Assembly (NCBI GenBank): GCA_051047955.1
Contig: JBPGPT010000005.1
Coordinates: 310,001 to 374,000 of the forward strand
DNA length: 64,000 nucleotides
Source of the DNA: Cystobasidiomycetes sp. EMM_F5
Lineage: Eukaryota
Reading direction: 5' to 3'
Shown here in pieces: positions 12,098 to 25,481 of the stretch; positions within the stretch are counted from its first letter, which is position 1; the number at the start of each line of letters is the position of its first letter. The position numbers and the translations under genes were made by a program. The notes under the pieces are model-generated. The model was not told where the DNA came from, did not search any database, and worked only from the letters and a program-made list of their open reading frames with translations.

Positions 12098-15000
12098 ATG
12101 TCGTCCAGTCCGCAGTATGCGCAGAATGACCGCCCCAATCCTCTTGGTGGACGGTCTTCCTCGCCGCTGCTGTTTCCAGACTCGTCGCCGCGTCAGAGCC
12201 CGGTCGCGTCGCAGCAGAACGGGGCAGGAGCAACAAGACTAGAAACGCCGTCAAATGCGCAAGCTCAGCGCTCAAATACCGTCGTAGGGTCAAGCTCACC
12301 CCTCCGCTTCCCATCCTCTTCGCCGCGTCCTGCTGCTGCATCTTCCCAGGGCACTCCACGAGGAAATGGCCCATCTGTTCGACCGCTGTTTGCACCAGGC
12401 TCAGCACCGCGCACAAATGGCTCGAGTGCACGGCGCAGCGCAGCGAGAGCTACACGTGGTGACCAAGCTGCTCCAAACGCGCCATCCAGCGAACCGCTCT
12501 TCTTCCCATCATCGGCAACTCCAAAGTCACGACGCGTCCGAGGAGACATCCACTCCTCATTGCCCATGTCGCCGTCCCCGCTGCGCAGAAATGGACAAGC
12601 GAACGCAAATGAGGACGGAAATGCACCAGACCCAGCTTCCTCTGCTGCCGGCGCGGCATCTCTGCATTCAGATGGCAGCAGGCTCGGTCGTGCTGCACCT
12701 TCGCTTAGCAATGTTGGCATGTCGTCGGATGCAGTAGAAGAGAATGAACGCAATCAAGGCGCACGCACCGTTATCTGGAATACGGCCGTCTCCCTCGACG
12801 AGACTATGAACAGCTTCAAGGCCTTTCTCCAAGATTTCAAGCTCAAGTACCGCATTGACGCAGCTAGAAAGGCTGGAAAGACAGTAGCTGACCCTGCAGA
12901 GCCCAACAAGCTAGTCTACGAGCACTAGTAAGCGGTTCGCGCGTGATCATCGCAACAGAGACTGAGAATCCGCAATAGCCTTCGGAAGATGCGGACATCA
13001 AAACAAACAAATCTCAATCTTGATCTCTCAGACTTGGAAGCGTATCCGTTGACAAAGAAACTGGCACGCTGGTTCCGCACATACCCTCAGGAAGTCGTTC
13101 CAGTCTGTGATCAAGTCTTGAAAGAGTCAGTGCCGTTTTCCAATAAACGCCATTCATGGCTAAATGGTTACACCACAGCTGCATGATAGACTTGGCCGAC
13201 AAAGATCATGCAGCAGACCCCACTGCTGTCACAGACCAGGAATTCGACCTCATTGACACCAGCATCTACAAGATCAGGCCATTTGGGATATATGAAGTAC
13301 CTGATGCAGTCGCCAAGGGGACGGCGCGGCTACATACACTCAAGGAGGAGCGAAGCCTGGGTATCAATATGCGCGAGCTGAATCCTCAGGATATCGACAA
13401 GCTGGTTACCGTCAAGGGATTGATTATTCGGTGCACTCCTATCATCCCGGACATGAAAGTTGGTAAGTACAGCGATCATGCATCGTCAGTATAAGCGAGC
13501 TCACATTCCCATCATAGCCTTCTTCCGCTGTCTGAACTGTTCACATACGGTGACCGTTGACGTTGACAGAGGCCAGATCGCCGAACCGGATCGTTGTCCT
13601 CGCGAACAGTGCAACCTGCAAGGTAGTATGGCTTTGATTCACAATCGTTGCGAATTTGCGGACCGCCAGGTAATCCGGCTTCAAGAAACTCCAGACGTTG
13701 TTCCAGATGGTCAAACTCCGCACACGGTCTCCCTTTGCGTGTACGACGAGCTGGTCGATTTGGCAAAACCAGGTGATCGCGTCGTCGTTACCGGTATATT
13801 CAGATCTGTACCCGTACGCGTCAATCCGAAGCAACGCGTCATCAAATCATTGTTCAAGACCTACGTCGACGCTCTACATGTTCGCAAGACCGACAAGAAG
13901 AGACTCGGGCTGGACCAGAGTACTCGGGAGACGGATAGTCCCAATAAGGAGCGATCAGTCGGGGTCGGACCGGACGAGGAGGATGAGGAAGCTGCTGCAC
14001 AGATTGCCTTTCCGAGTGATGGACCCGCAGAAGGAGGTATGGACCTGGATGACGAGACTTTTGGTGAAGATACATTGGCACCACCGCGACCTCCAGCGCA
14101 GCCTAAGCGGACGTTGGCAGAGCAAGAAGAGAAGCTTGTCGAGTTGTCCCGTCGACCAGATATCTACGATGTGCTAGCGAGATCGCTCGCCCCAAGTATC
14201 TGGGAGATGGACGACGTCAAGAAAGGCATCCTGTTGCAACTTTTCGGCGGGACCAACAAGTCCATTGCGCGCGGCGGAGGATCCGGTGGGCCGCGCTACA
14301 GGGGAGACATCAATGTCCTGCTTGTGGGTGATCCTGGTACTTCCAAATCTCAAATTTTGCAATACGTACACAAGATTGCACCGCGTGGTGTCTACACATC
14401 TGGTAAAGGCTCTTCGGCTGTCGGTCTCACTGCATACGTCACGCGAGATCCAGACTCCAAGCAGCTCGTGCTAGAAAGGTGAGGCCATTTTCTGCAAGTC
14501 ATGATCATTCCTTGTTGATGCATGTCGTTGATTAGTGGCGCGCTGGTACTGTCAGACGGCGGTGTTTGCTGCATTGACGAGTTCGATAAGATGTCCGATG
14601 CTACGCGAAGCGTACTTCACGAAGTTATGGAGCAACAGACCGTGTCTATTGCAAAGGCTGGCATCATCACTACTTTAAACGCGCGCACGTCTATTCTGGC
14701 AGCAGCAAACCCTGTCGGCTCGAAGTACAATCTCAAGTGGCCAATTACACGAAATATTGACTTGCCGCCTACTCTGATCTCGAGATTTGACTTGTTGTAC
14801 CTGGTCCTTGACAAGATTGACGAAAGCAATGACCGTCGCTTGGCCAAGCATCTTGTCAGCTTGTACCTCGAAGACAGGCCAGACACTGGAGGTCACGATA
14901 TACTAGTAAGTCATGTCAGGGTCTCTGACCGAAAACGCTTGCTGATTGTCGCCATCGTAGCCAATCGAGACTCTCACAGCCTATATCTCGTACGCACGGA

Positions 15001-15649
15001 CCCACATCAATCCGGAATTGACGGCACCTGCGTCGGAAGCCCTTGTACAAGCCTACGTGGCTATGCGCAGTGCAGGTATCGATGCTCGAGGAGGGAGCGA
15101 AAGACGTATCACTGCAACCACTCGTCAATTGGAGAGCATGATTCGATTGTCTGAAGCTCACGCTCGAATGCGCTACAGCGATCGCGTCGAGCTGCAAGAC
15201 GTCGAAGAGGCCAATCGGCTGATTCGCGAAGCTCTCAAGGAGAGTGCTACTGACCCCGTCACTGGCCTGTATGAACAACCTGTCTGCTCATTACGTGCAA
15301 TTTACTAATCTCCTCCCATAGCATCGATTTGGACCTGCTCAACACTGGTCATGGCATGCAACAACGCAAAATGCATGGTGACCTTCGCCGTGAGGTGCTG
15401 GCAATCCTCGAGCGCGTTGGTACCGACAAGGCAGTGCGGTGGAATGAGGTGGCCAAAACGCTCAATGACCAAAGTTCCATACCGGTCGAGCCTGCGGAAC
15501 TCACGAGTGTCATCAAGGTGGGTTTCAGATGCGATGATCGCGTAACATGTCAAGCTGACTGCGTGCTCAAATAGGAACTCGAGCAGGAGGGTCAAATTGC
15601 TGTTCGTGGAACACATGATAAGCGTACGCTGCGCAAGCTGGTAGCCTAA
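12098..15649 (+). CDS. MCM4: DNA replication licensing factor MCM4 (Cdc54/Cdc21)
   Basis: S/P-rich N-terminus, Zn finger, [19 protein letters not shown], Walker [21 protein letters not shown] arginine finger and [10 protein letters not shown]. Confidence 0.97.
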
Positions 15650-15938
15650 ACATGCACATAGCTGCTTTTCGACTTTCTTCCGCAAGTAGATTTTGTTTAA
15701 GCAATGCTCAGGGGTTTGGGTCAGGTCTGTCTGCCTTCGTTATGGGCGGAACCATGGTGGATTGTCAGACATTGTCACATTTGGTTAAGCCTGGATGCGT
15801 TGTGTGTGTAGCATCAGCAAATGGGCACCGGTAGCCAACATCAAGCGGCACTTTCATTGTCTGAGTGGCTCAGAATCAAACCGAGGAAAGGTTCATGAAG
15901 TGCAAAAGGCTCTTTGCTGTGCAATGTCTCCCTAGGCT

Positions 15939-16484
15939 TCATCTGTTCAAACTAGCCTTAGCGATGGCGTCAGCCCAAGCTTGATCCCAGCCCCGACGGT
16001 CAGCCTCAGCCTGCAGTGCCGCGGCGTTGGCCTTCCTTGCGTCTGCCACTTTCCTGGCGATACATGCCGGACTGCAATAGTTGACCTGAAATCCGCACAA
16101 TGCTGTATCGGGCACCGGGTTTTGGCAGGTCGGGCAAGGCTTGTTCTCCAGCCGGTTCAAGGGAATCTCGCTTCGTCGGGGCTTCTGATGCTGCTTTTGC
16201 TGCATCGTGACCATCTGTTGCTCCGGCATACCACGCCTGGCGACGCTATTCGCCATAGCCTGCCGTTGCATTGGCGGCACCGACACCGACCGAGGGTTAG
16301 CAGGTCTGGGATATCCGCGATAGCTACCCTCCTGGTTTGAGGCAGAGACGACGTTGGAGCTTCTCACTGAATTCTTCTTCGCATGCCTGGCTCGGGGATT
16401 GTACCGATGGAAGCATAGAAAGTTCAGGCATTGCCCACCAGTATGAGAAGTGTCTTCTCCGCATTTGTCGCAATTGGAAGGCAT
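15939..16484 (-). CDS. Hypothetical protein of about 181 aa with two Cys/His clusters
   Basis: Intronless ORF from MPSNCDKC; second cluster CPTC-x16-CSPAC. Confidence 0.55.
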   Translation of the reverse strand: MPSNCDKCGEDTSHTGGQCLNFLCFHRYNPRARHAKKNSVRSSNVVSASNQEGSYRGYPRPANPRSVSVPPMQRQAMANSVARRGMPEQQMVTMQQKQHQKPRRSEIPLNRLENKPCPTCQNPVPDTALCGFQVNYCSPACIARKVADARKANAAALQAEADRRGWDQAWADAIAKASLNR

Positions 16485-17147
16485 GCTGAAGAACCAGAAT
16501 ACTGGCTCCTCTTCTCTGAAGGATACTCTGACGTAGGCGGAAGGCAATCGTGAGCAATGGATGACTCGGTGAGAAGCAGTATAGAGCTGGACAACCCTGA
16601 AAGCAGCGATCTCCGTCCTTTTTGGATTCTCGACGACACACAGCCTCTGGTTGGCACCTCGCAGACACTGCACATAGCCAAAACACAGGATGAACGCACC
16701 GCATGTACAACATGCACCGGCACATCACCGCTTATTCCGCAGGGGATCCTTTGTACGAATCGGTGTCGCCTGTGACTTATCGCGAGAACTCACCTATATG
16801 TGCACCAGTTTCCACGGTCGAGGCCAGAATGTCGTCTACATCTTCCCCTTCGCCAAACGTGTTACAATGTCTTCCTAAGACCATCTTGATATCCTGGTAA
16901 ATTACTCATTACGCAAGTGCGGTTGCAGTTAACAATATGGGACAATGCAATGACTACGTTAAGCTCAAAGAGAAGCAAACGCACAACCTATGAAGTTGCA
17001 CCGTCATAACCATTACACACTGTCCAACTGCAAGACGAAATACGCCGTCGAGACATCATCTTTTGATCTGAAGCTGCCTTTCTGTCTCTTACATTCTCTG
17101 TCTCTTAAGATACCAGCAGCTCAGGTTCAGGACCAGGGTGCTTCAAG

Positions 17148-18796
17148 ATGGATTCGACCAAGACACCCGCCCTCAATCAGCTTATCGCGCGCGACTTACG
17201 CAATGCATATGCGGACGAAGGCATGAAGCAGCTAGTCAACGCTACTACAGATCCAACCTATATGAGAGCTTTGTTGACTGACAACCCCATCCCGAACGGC
17301 AACGCAAGCTTGATCAACAACCCGGCTGACCCAAATTTGGCCGCTAAAGCTGCGGAAGCTCTGTTCAAGGGAGACGATCAAAATATGTCAAGACCAGTGA
17401 GCAGCAGAGTCGCCGCAGCATAAGTGACTGTAACCTTAATTTGCTTTCACAGGATTTTACTCGGGCCAGGAGCAACAGTCTGCCACAACAATTGACGCCT
17501 AGGGATGTCCGCAGACTACTGGGAGTTCACGATCGCAGGAGGCGTAGCAAGCAGATTCATGGTCAAGACTACGCGTCTTCTCAATTGACAGCTTCAGAGT
17601 CCGATGACGATTTAGATGTAGCATCCGATACCGCGAGCGAGACATCAGTAGAATGTAAGCGTACCAATGAAGGCGGACGACATCATCATGCGTCTCCGCG
17701 AAAGCATAAACGACACCATCGACGCCCTAAACAGCGCGAAAAAGACGATGAGGATGTGGAAACCGAGTCGGACGGCAGGCATAGGGGAAAGCATAGACAC
17801 CACAGCCACCATCACCAATCTCGCGACACAGATGAAGAGAGCGACAGTGATTTGAGTGGAGACGACCACCGACGCAGTCATCGTCACCATAAGCACAAGC
17901 ACTCTCATCGTCATCGTCGGCACTCGTTTGACGATGATGACGATGCTAGGCGCCTTAGGCATGCCCTGAGGCGTGCTGAGCACGAGCAAAAGCATGGGGA
18001 TACCGTGCAGACTCTAGAGCTCGACAAAGTGCGCAACAGTCCTCGCGGCGTAGTTCCCATGCGTATCCGAACTCGCAGCCTACACGACAGTGGGTCGTCG
18101 AGATCGTCACTGACGTCTCCTGGCAGCGTTCACGAGCATTCGCATCGCAGCAGACACGCGTCTCCGACAGTACAGACCGCTGTTCGGCCTCTCAAGTACC
18201 AGCCGATGCAGGACGGGTCGGACTGGCCTCTCTTGTCGCGGTCTATTCCCGTAGTGGACAAAGACAACGTCGATGCCATCGACTCGGGAATGCTGCTTAC
18301 GGATCCAAAGTTCGCGCGGAAGAGAGCGCAGAGTCATAGCCACTCCCATTTGCCCTCGTGGCTGCAGGGGCCTCCGGAGTATACGCACCGCCGACCGAAT
18401 GATGTGGTCCCAAGTGTGCCATTCTCGGCAGAAGCCTTGTCTCGTAAGAACATGCGAAGAATGAACTACCTGATGCCGAGTGTGCGTATGCTCTTATTGT
18501 GTCTAAGCCTCCTCAGCTAACACTATGGATGTACTATGCAGACGCTTATATGGGATCCGGAGAATCCTAAACAAAACACCATGAAGGTTCGTCCACCGTC
18601 ATCCATCGAGATTGTATTGCAGAAGCGTACGCCAGAGCTCGACAAGCTGCGAAGTCAGCTCGGTATCAAGCCCGGTCAATGGCCTGTCGAGCCAAGCGGT
18701 ATCCACTTTCTCAACCGCAGGCTGGCGAAAGAGCCCATCAGACGCTTCAGGGAATTGATCAATCAGGAGTTGATTAGATACGAGAGTGGATGGTAG
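17148..18796 (+). CDS. Hypothetical protein with His/Arg/Asp-rich low-complexity middle
   Basis: Three ORF blocks (17148-, 17441-, 18536-) joined by short canonical introns. Confidence 0.7.
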
Positions 18797-19276
18797 TTTA
18801 TAAGACGTGTGTGTGCGGGTTGCTTTATTTCAGTAATTGTATACATCTCGACGGCGTCAGCGCTCAGATGCTACTACGGAACAATCGTTGTTGCGATCAT
18901 GAAAGGAAATCCAGCAACGAGCTCAATGTTATTGCAGACCTGTCACGGGCTTTCGTCACTAAATCAAAACAGAGGACCGGCATGGAGAAGACGCGGAGTG
19001 GCGACCAGGCAGGAGCAACCTACTTTGTCAACCGAAAGCGTCCGCTTGCACTACTGCCCACTTGCTATTACGTTTCTGCATTACTTTCGCGTTTCTCGTC
19101 GTTTCCCTTTCGTATTGAGGTAAGAGCGCCACTTTGTCGAGCCGCTCCCTCACGCTAAAGGGCAACTCGCTTCCCTCCGACACGTTACTGGGACAATTTC
19201 AGAATTCAAAGGTCGGATCTTGCTCAGCCTGCAGCACCAACACAGTCGCACACCCAGATAGACAACACACGCAATC

Positions 19277-21185
19277 ATGAAGGCTTTAATTCTCGGTGCG
19301 TTGGCTGGTCGTCGTAGAAATTTAGGCTGACGGGGTGCCTGGCGCGTTTGGAAATTGGTGTCGCATTCTCGCAGTCGGAGGTAAGCAAGGGTGTTAGCTA
19401 GCGGCGTGTTATGGCAGCTTTACTGATGTACTTTCTGTTCTGATTATGAAATGGTAACGGCTGCTTTGTCTACTGGCTGTGGTCGCGACAAATCACCGCC
19501 TCCGACGCGTTTTCCACACCAAAACGTGCGAATCGCCAACTTTGACACACGACGGCCCTACACTACGATGCTCTATCCGTATGGCATGTTGCAGGCTTCG
19601 GCACTCGGCTTCGTCCACTCACCCTCACTCTCCCAAAGCCGCTGGTTCCTTTCTGCAAGTGAGTTGCTTTCCGCTGCATTTTGTGTTCGCCTCAAAGAAT
19701 GTAACTAATGACATATCGTACGTGCAGTAAACCCATGATTATGCATCAGATTGAGGCGCTTGTCAAGGTCTGTTGGTGCATTCTACTTCCTCATCGTCTC
19801 GGCCAACCCCGCCTTGCGAAAGTGTGCCGAGCGTACAGATGGCGCAACCGTTGAGCAGGCCCAGAGACACTCCGATAAGGGCGTCGTGCACGGACGCTGT
19901 GTCTCGTGGGCGTCGCTCGAAAGAATTTGCGTTTCCTGCGACGGTTGCACTGTCCTGTCGACGACGCTCACGCCTATTCGCACAGAGAGAAAGATCTTGC
20001 GTCAGGACCGTTACTGACGCGTATTGGTTGCTTGTATCTGCAGGCTGGCGTTACCGATGTTGTTCTTGCTGTCAATTACCGCCCGGAGGTCATGGTAGCG
20101 TTACTGTCCAAGTGCGAGGAGCAATACGGCATCAAAATCACCTTCAGCGTTGAGTCTGAGCCATTGGGAACTGGTACGTGCGCGTGTAGCGGCCTTGCTG
20201 AGCCAGTATACTGACATCTGTCGCCAACAGCTGGACCGTTGGCCCTTGCGCGAGAAGTGCTAGCCAAAGACGATTCTCCATTCTTCGTCCTCAACTCCGA
20301 TGTTATCTGCAGCTATCCCTTCGAAGCTCTGCGCGACTTCCACAAGGCTCACGGTAACGAGGGCACTATCATGGTCACAAAGGTCGACGAGCCGTCCAAA
20401 TACGGTGTGGTTGTACAAGTACCAGGCAAGACTGTCATTGACCGCTTCGTGGAGAAGCCAGTCGAATTTGTCGGAAACCGCATCAACGCCGGTATCTACA
20501 TTTTCAACCCATCCGTCTTGAAGCGCATCGAGGTACGCCCGTGATCGTCCCGATTTTACTAGATATATGTACTGAGATATAAATACAGCTCAAGCCGACC
20601 TCTATCGAGAAGGAGACTTTCCCGGCCATGGCCAACGAGAAGGAGCTGCATAGCATGGACCTGCCCGGCTTCTGGATGGACGTCGGTCAACCGAAAGACT
20701 ACCTCAGCGGTACCTGCCTCTACCTCTCGTACCTGTCTTCGCAGAAGAGCAAGGCCGTTACGGACCCAGCGCAGAACCCATGGGTACACGGCGGCAACGT
20801 CATGGTCGACCCAGTCAGTTGATGATACTATGAAGGACTTTGCGTGCTTGCTGATGATATGAGTACTGTCTCACAGACGGCACAAATTGACCCATCCGCC
20901 GTAATTGGACCAAATGTCGTTATTGGACCTCGATGCGTCATTGGAAAGGGAGTTCGTCTGCAACGCTGCGCGATCCTGGAAGGCGCTCGCGTAAAGGATC
21001 ACGCATGGATCCACTCGTCCATCGTCGGCTGGAACTCGACTGTTGGACGATGGGTTCGGTTGGAGAACATTTCCGTACTTGGTGATGACGTTGCCATCAA
21101 GGATGAACTGCTTGTCAATGGCGCGTCTGTCCTGCCACACAAGAGCATCTCATCTTCCATCCTCACGCCAAGCATTGTTATGTAA
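19277..21185 (+). CDS. MPG1: Mannose-1-phosphate guanylyltransferase (GDP-mannose pyrophosphorylase)
   Basis: Spliced [62 protein letters not shown] and hexapeptide repeats; includes a 6-nt microexon at 19375-19380. Confidence 0.97.
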
Positions 21186-21689
21186 TTGCCCCTTACAAGG
21201 CAGTTGTAGCATGCTAGTCGATTTTAGATGACGAAAACTACCTTACGTCGCGTTTACCTTCCTCCTCATAATCCTTTCGGTCGATCCTTTCATCTAAGAA
21301 TACTCTCTGCTTTGCAGGTTGGTTCTCTGACTATATCGTCGACGTACAATCGCAACTTCGCTTTCTTTCCCTCCGAGTACTGTTCGACTCGGAGAAGCTT
21401 CCTTACCTAGAGCAATATAAGCCATCATCTCGCATCGACACTCGTTCTCCACATTCGTTATCTCAAAGACTAGCTACTCGTTATGCATACAGTAGGAGTT
21501 TATGAAAGCATTCTTGCTGATGGAGCTTGCATCTTGCGAATGGATTTGTTGCCATGATTGAGCGGCAGAGCCTTGCCTGCTTTACAAACGACACTTCGTT
21601 ATTGTCCATTTGCCATCTGTCGATCCGTACATGAACTTGCAGCGTCACCGTGCAAACGCTTGGACAGCCGCAACTTGCTCGCACTAAAC

Positions 21690-22088
21690 ATGGCCGTCTT
21701 TCCATCGCAGCGCTTGCAACCTCGCAAGACTACAGACTATGTTCGCAGTGCCTCTCGGCGTCATCCGTTCCTCTACTTTGGCTTGCCATTTGTCGCAGTC
21801 GTCGTAGCTGGATCATTTGGACTTTCGAGCCTGACGCAGACGAGATATGACCTTCGAGCTTCACGCGTACAGACGATGAGCAAGGAGGATGAGCTGCGCA
21901 TGGACAAGAATCGCAAAAAAGTCGATATTCGTGAAGAATACTTCAGACTGCAGGCCAAGAGTGGAGAGGACAAGACTGGATCTGGTGGACTTCGTGGAAC
22001 GCTGGATAGTAAAGACGAATGGGAGAATAAGAGAATACAGCGATTACCTGGCCAGGCAGAATGGGGCGAACTTCCCAAACCGACTTGA
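21690..22088 (+). CDS. COX16: Cytochrome c oxidase assembly protein Cox16
   Basis: RHPFLYFGLPF-TM-GSFGLSSLTQTRYD, KVDIREEYFRL, WENKRI. Confidence 0.9.
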   Translation: MAVFPSQRLQPRKTTDYVRSASRRHPFLYFGLPFVAVVVAGSFGLSSLTQTRYDLRASRVQTMSKEDELRMDKNRKKVDIREEYFRLQAKSGEDKTGSGGLRGTLDSKDEWENKRIQRLPGQAEWGELPKPT

Positions 22089-23147
22089 GCACTTGGATTG
22101 CTCTCTTTCATTGCACGACTCAAAGGATTGGCAAGGCAGACCTGTGACACGCAACACGTCTATACGTCATGCATAGATGCACCTCTGCACGGCTAAGCAG
22201 GAGGGGATCATCAAACTAATCTTGCGAGTTTCACATCCATAGCCACACCTGGCAGGGGTGCGGACATCTTATTATCAGTCCAACGGCACAGAGAGAGGAG
22301 ATCCACTATCTTATCACTTGGAACAGTGCTTATTGCGTATCTCCACGCCTCGAGCAGCGAATTCGGCATTCGTGGATCGCTACTTCTCTCGCAAGGCTTT
22401 TCTCGCGACGGTGGTCTGAATTAGCGAAGTCTGCAATGCAATCTGCCGTACATGCACTGTGCGCACTTCTGGCTCACAGCCTTACTGCGCACATGGATCC
22501 GTCGGCGGTTCTTTATCCATAATTGGCATGAACGGCTACCTTTACGCGCAACGTGCAGAGAGAACCTAACCCTTTCAAGACTCCAGAGCCTGCGAACGCA
22601 CGCCCTTCACTCACAACATGGGACGCATTCAACACATGATGAGAGCAACCTTGGCCCGATTGGATCTAGCTTACAACGCGGAAACCGTGGATAGGGCAGA
22701 TAGCTGCCTAGCTCTATCATCCGGGATTAGAAAGAAAGGAATAGGAAAGAAGCATAGCCTACAACTGCAGCTACAGAGTACTTCGTGCATAGAAACACAT
22801 CGCTTCTGACGTGTACCTTGTCTTTCTGTTTTTTCCGAAACTGCTGATCGCGTGCTCTATCGCGTGAAGCGTGTTTTTCGGATCCAGAAAACGAGCAACA
22901 AGGTCGTTGTCTAAGCAATTTTATCGGAGCAGAGGTATTGGAAATCCGAAAGATGCAGCCTTTTGTGTATATACGCTCGTGCAGCTATTAGAAGCTGCCA
23001 ACCTGTCTGTAGATCGAGCTTCTTCTGACCAAGGGGGATATCCCGTTTGAGGGCCGAGACCTCGCGAGCGGACCTGAGAATTCCAGTCTTGGACTTTGTG
23101 GAAGTCTAGCACGTCCAACTCTTGACGGAGCAGCACTGCTTCCATCT

Positions 23148-25065
23148 ATGACATCTGCGGACGACATGGACGACGCTGTGCTCCGCTTGCACCCGCCAGA
23201 CCTGGCAGCGAGCTTCGATATGCTCGTTCTGGGTTGCGGCGGAGGCCCAGTTGAAGATAATCTGTCGGCTTACCTGCTCAAGCCTAGCCAGCAGCCGTGG
23301 AGTACTGGCTTCACGAGCATCGACGGCGGTACGGATACTGGAATATCTTTTGGTCGCGTTGGCCTAGCTGAAGCCTTGTTTGCTGGCTCGTCATGCTTTC
23401 CGACCACTGGTTTGTTTTGATATCTCTGGGACGGCGACCGTTGGTCAATTTGGGTGTTCCTCTGTGGGGATTCTCCTCATTGCGCTTGACTCTTTCATGC
23501 GGACCTTGGGCTCTGCGGGTTTACAAACAACAGGATCATGCCTGGGAGCTCTGACGCGACTTCTGGCCAGCCGACCTGCAGCCTTTGCAGGGTTCGACTT
23601 GCCGACGAGCAACTATAATTCACCATTGGCCAACGCAGGCTATGTCTTCAGCCTGCTGCATAGCTTTCTCATAACCCATGCGCACTGGGGTGAGTGTACC
23701 TGCACTGCAAGACAGCCACGTGCCAGACAACTAACCTCGGAGACAATGCTCAAACAGATCATATATCTGTACGACATTTCCCGTCTTCTACCTACCTCTC
23801 TTGCTGAATTATCCACAGGGCCTTGTCCTGGCTTCCGGATCGGGCGCAGCGCAAAAGTCGGTGTACGGCTCGCGACAGACGCTGCAGAATTTGGAAGCAG
23901 CTATGAATGGTGGACTATGGCCTGTCCTTGGTTCATACGACAAGGACAGGAGCGTACCTTACATATGGCGAACGTAAGGATCGCGTTGTCAAAAGGAGAA
24001 TGTTTGCTGACTTGCCTGCGACATGTATTGCTTTCCCGACCCTTGTGTCAACGCGCAGAATGGATGCCTCATCGAAAGTGAAGCCATCGCCAGGCTTGAC
24101 TGCGACCATCAGGCCTGTCTCGCATGGTCGTCACCATAAAGCGACATCCTACGAGTCTTCTGCCTTTTTCATTACAAACGATGACAATGGCCGTAGCGTG
24201 CTCATATTTGGCGACGTCGAGCCTGACAGTGTCAGTGGAGAAGACCTGAATAGGCGGATATGGAAGGAAGCCGCCGAGCGGATACGAGAGAACCGCTTAC
24301 ATACTATATTAATAGAATGCTCGTATACAGTACGTGCAGGTTCCGTATGGGCGGCAGATTCCAAGGGCTTACGTGATCTTTGTATCTACTGCTAGTCATC
24401 TCGACCGCGAGACCAATTATACGGTCACTTATCCCCACCATTCCTCTTCGAAGAACTCGCAATACTCGCTTCCTATCTACATCTATACAACCATATTAAC
24501 GAACATAATGTCGATATCGCGTCCTTAGCACCCTCCTCGTCACCATCCGACCTGAAAGGCCGTTTACGTGGCATAAACGTCTGCCTAATACACATCAAGG
24601 ATCCTATGAGCGTGGTTGAGGTGATCAAGGCATCGGGCCCGACGGCAAGTGATCTCGACGAAACCCCCTCGTCAGTCCCAAATGCACTGGAATCAAATCT
24701 TGAGACGATATCGCAGCCTGATCCGGTGGTGTCAGAACCGACGTCAAAGCGGCGGCGGAGTTCACGGACTTCGACAACGCTAAGCTCCTCAATATCTTCA
24801 CCTTCTAACAGAATGAAGACAGCGTCCCCTCCCAAGCGTGCAGCACCGTCGACTGCAGCCGCATCTGCAACAGCAGCCGCAAGTTTGCCAGAAAGCTTCC
24901 GTTCAAAAGTTCTACACGAGGTAGAAGTGCTTGAACAACAATACCAGCTTGGAGCGAGATTCTTCGCATTACAACAAGGCATGCGAATAGGTGCGTTGCT
25001 CTGCGATCCATGCGAATGTATGTACTTTAGAAGCTGATTCGATGAATGCTACCGTAGCTATCTAG
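23148..25065 (+). CDS. PDE1: Class II (low-affinity) cAMP phosphodiesterase, metallo-beta-lactamase fold
   Basis: VLGCGGGPVEDN, spliced THAHWDHISG (HxHxDH), VSHG, FGDVEPDS, IECSY and LYGHLSP. Confidence 0.9.
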
Positions 25066-25481
25066 CAGACTATCATCTATCCGCTAATGGTGGATCCAGG
25101 AGGAAGGAACGAAAGGGCAAATACACGGGCATGCACTTGTCGTTCCTCCTTCTACAATCCTCTCCTTTGCACTGCAGCGTGATCATAGATCGCATGCCCT
25201 GGTGGCCTAGTCGTCATAAGTGAAGTTGGGGCCATGAGAACGTCGGAGGGTAGTGTAGAGGTACTACACATAGCATAGGCACGTCGAATAGCTGGCCTAC
25301 GAGGCGTCGTCCAATCATACGCATGATATCCAGCTCCTGCCCGATCACGAGCATTGCTTAGCGCTGACGGATGCCAAGTGACGATACCCTTTGCTGATTG
25401 ACAGCAGTCGCCGAGAGAAACAAGCGGCTTAAATTTTGCGTGCTATAACCTTGGATCGCATCCGTGCCTCTTGGAGCCTAC

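Noticed and set aside
22690..22718. Small inverted repeat GATAG-GGCAG..CTGCC..CTATC upstream of PDE1
   Set aside because: Stems of only 5 bp; no recognised ncRNA motif.
25098..25152. AGGAACGA/TCGTTCCT hairpin in the PDE1 3' region
   Set aside because: An 8-bp core in a purine/pyrimidine-biased tract is plausible by chance.
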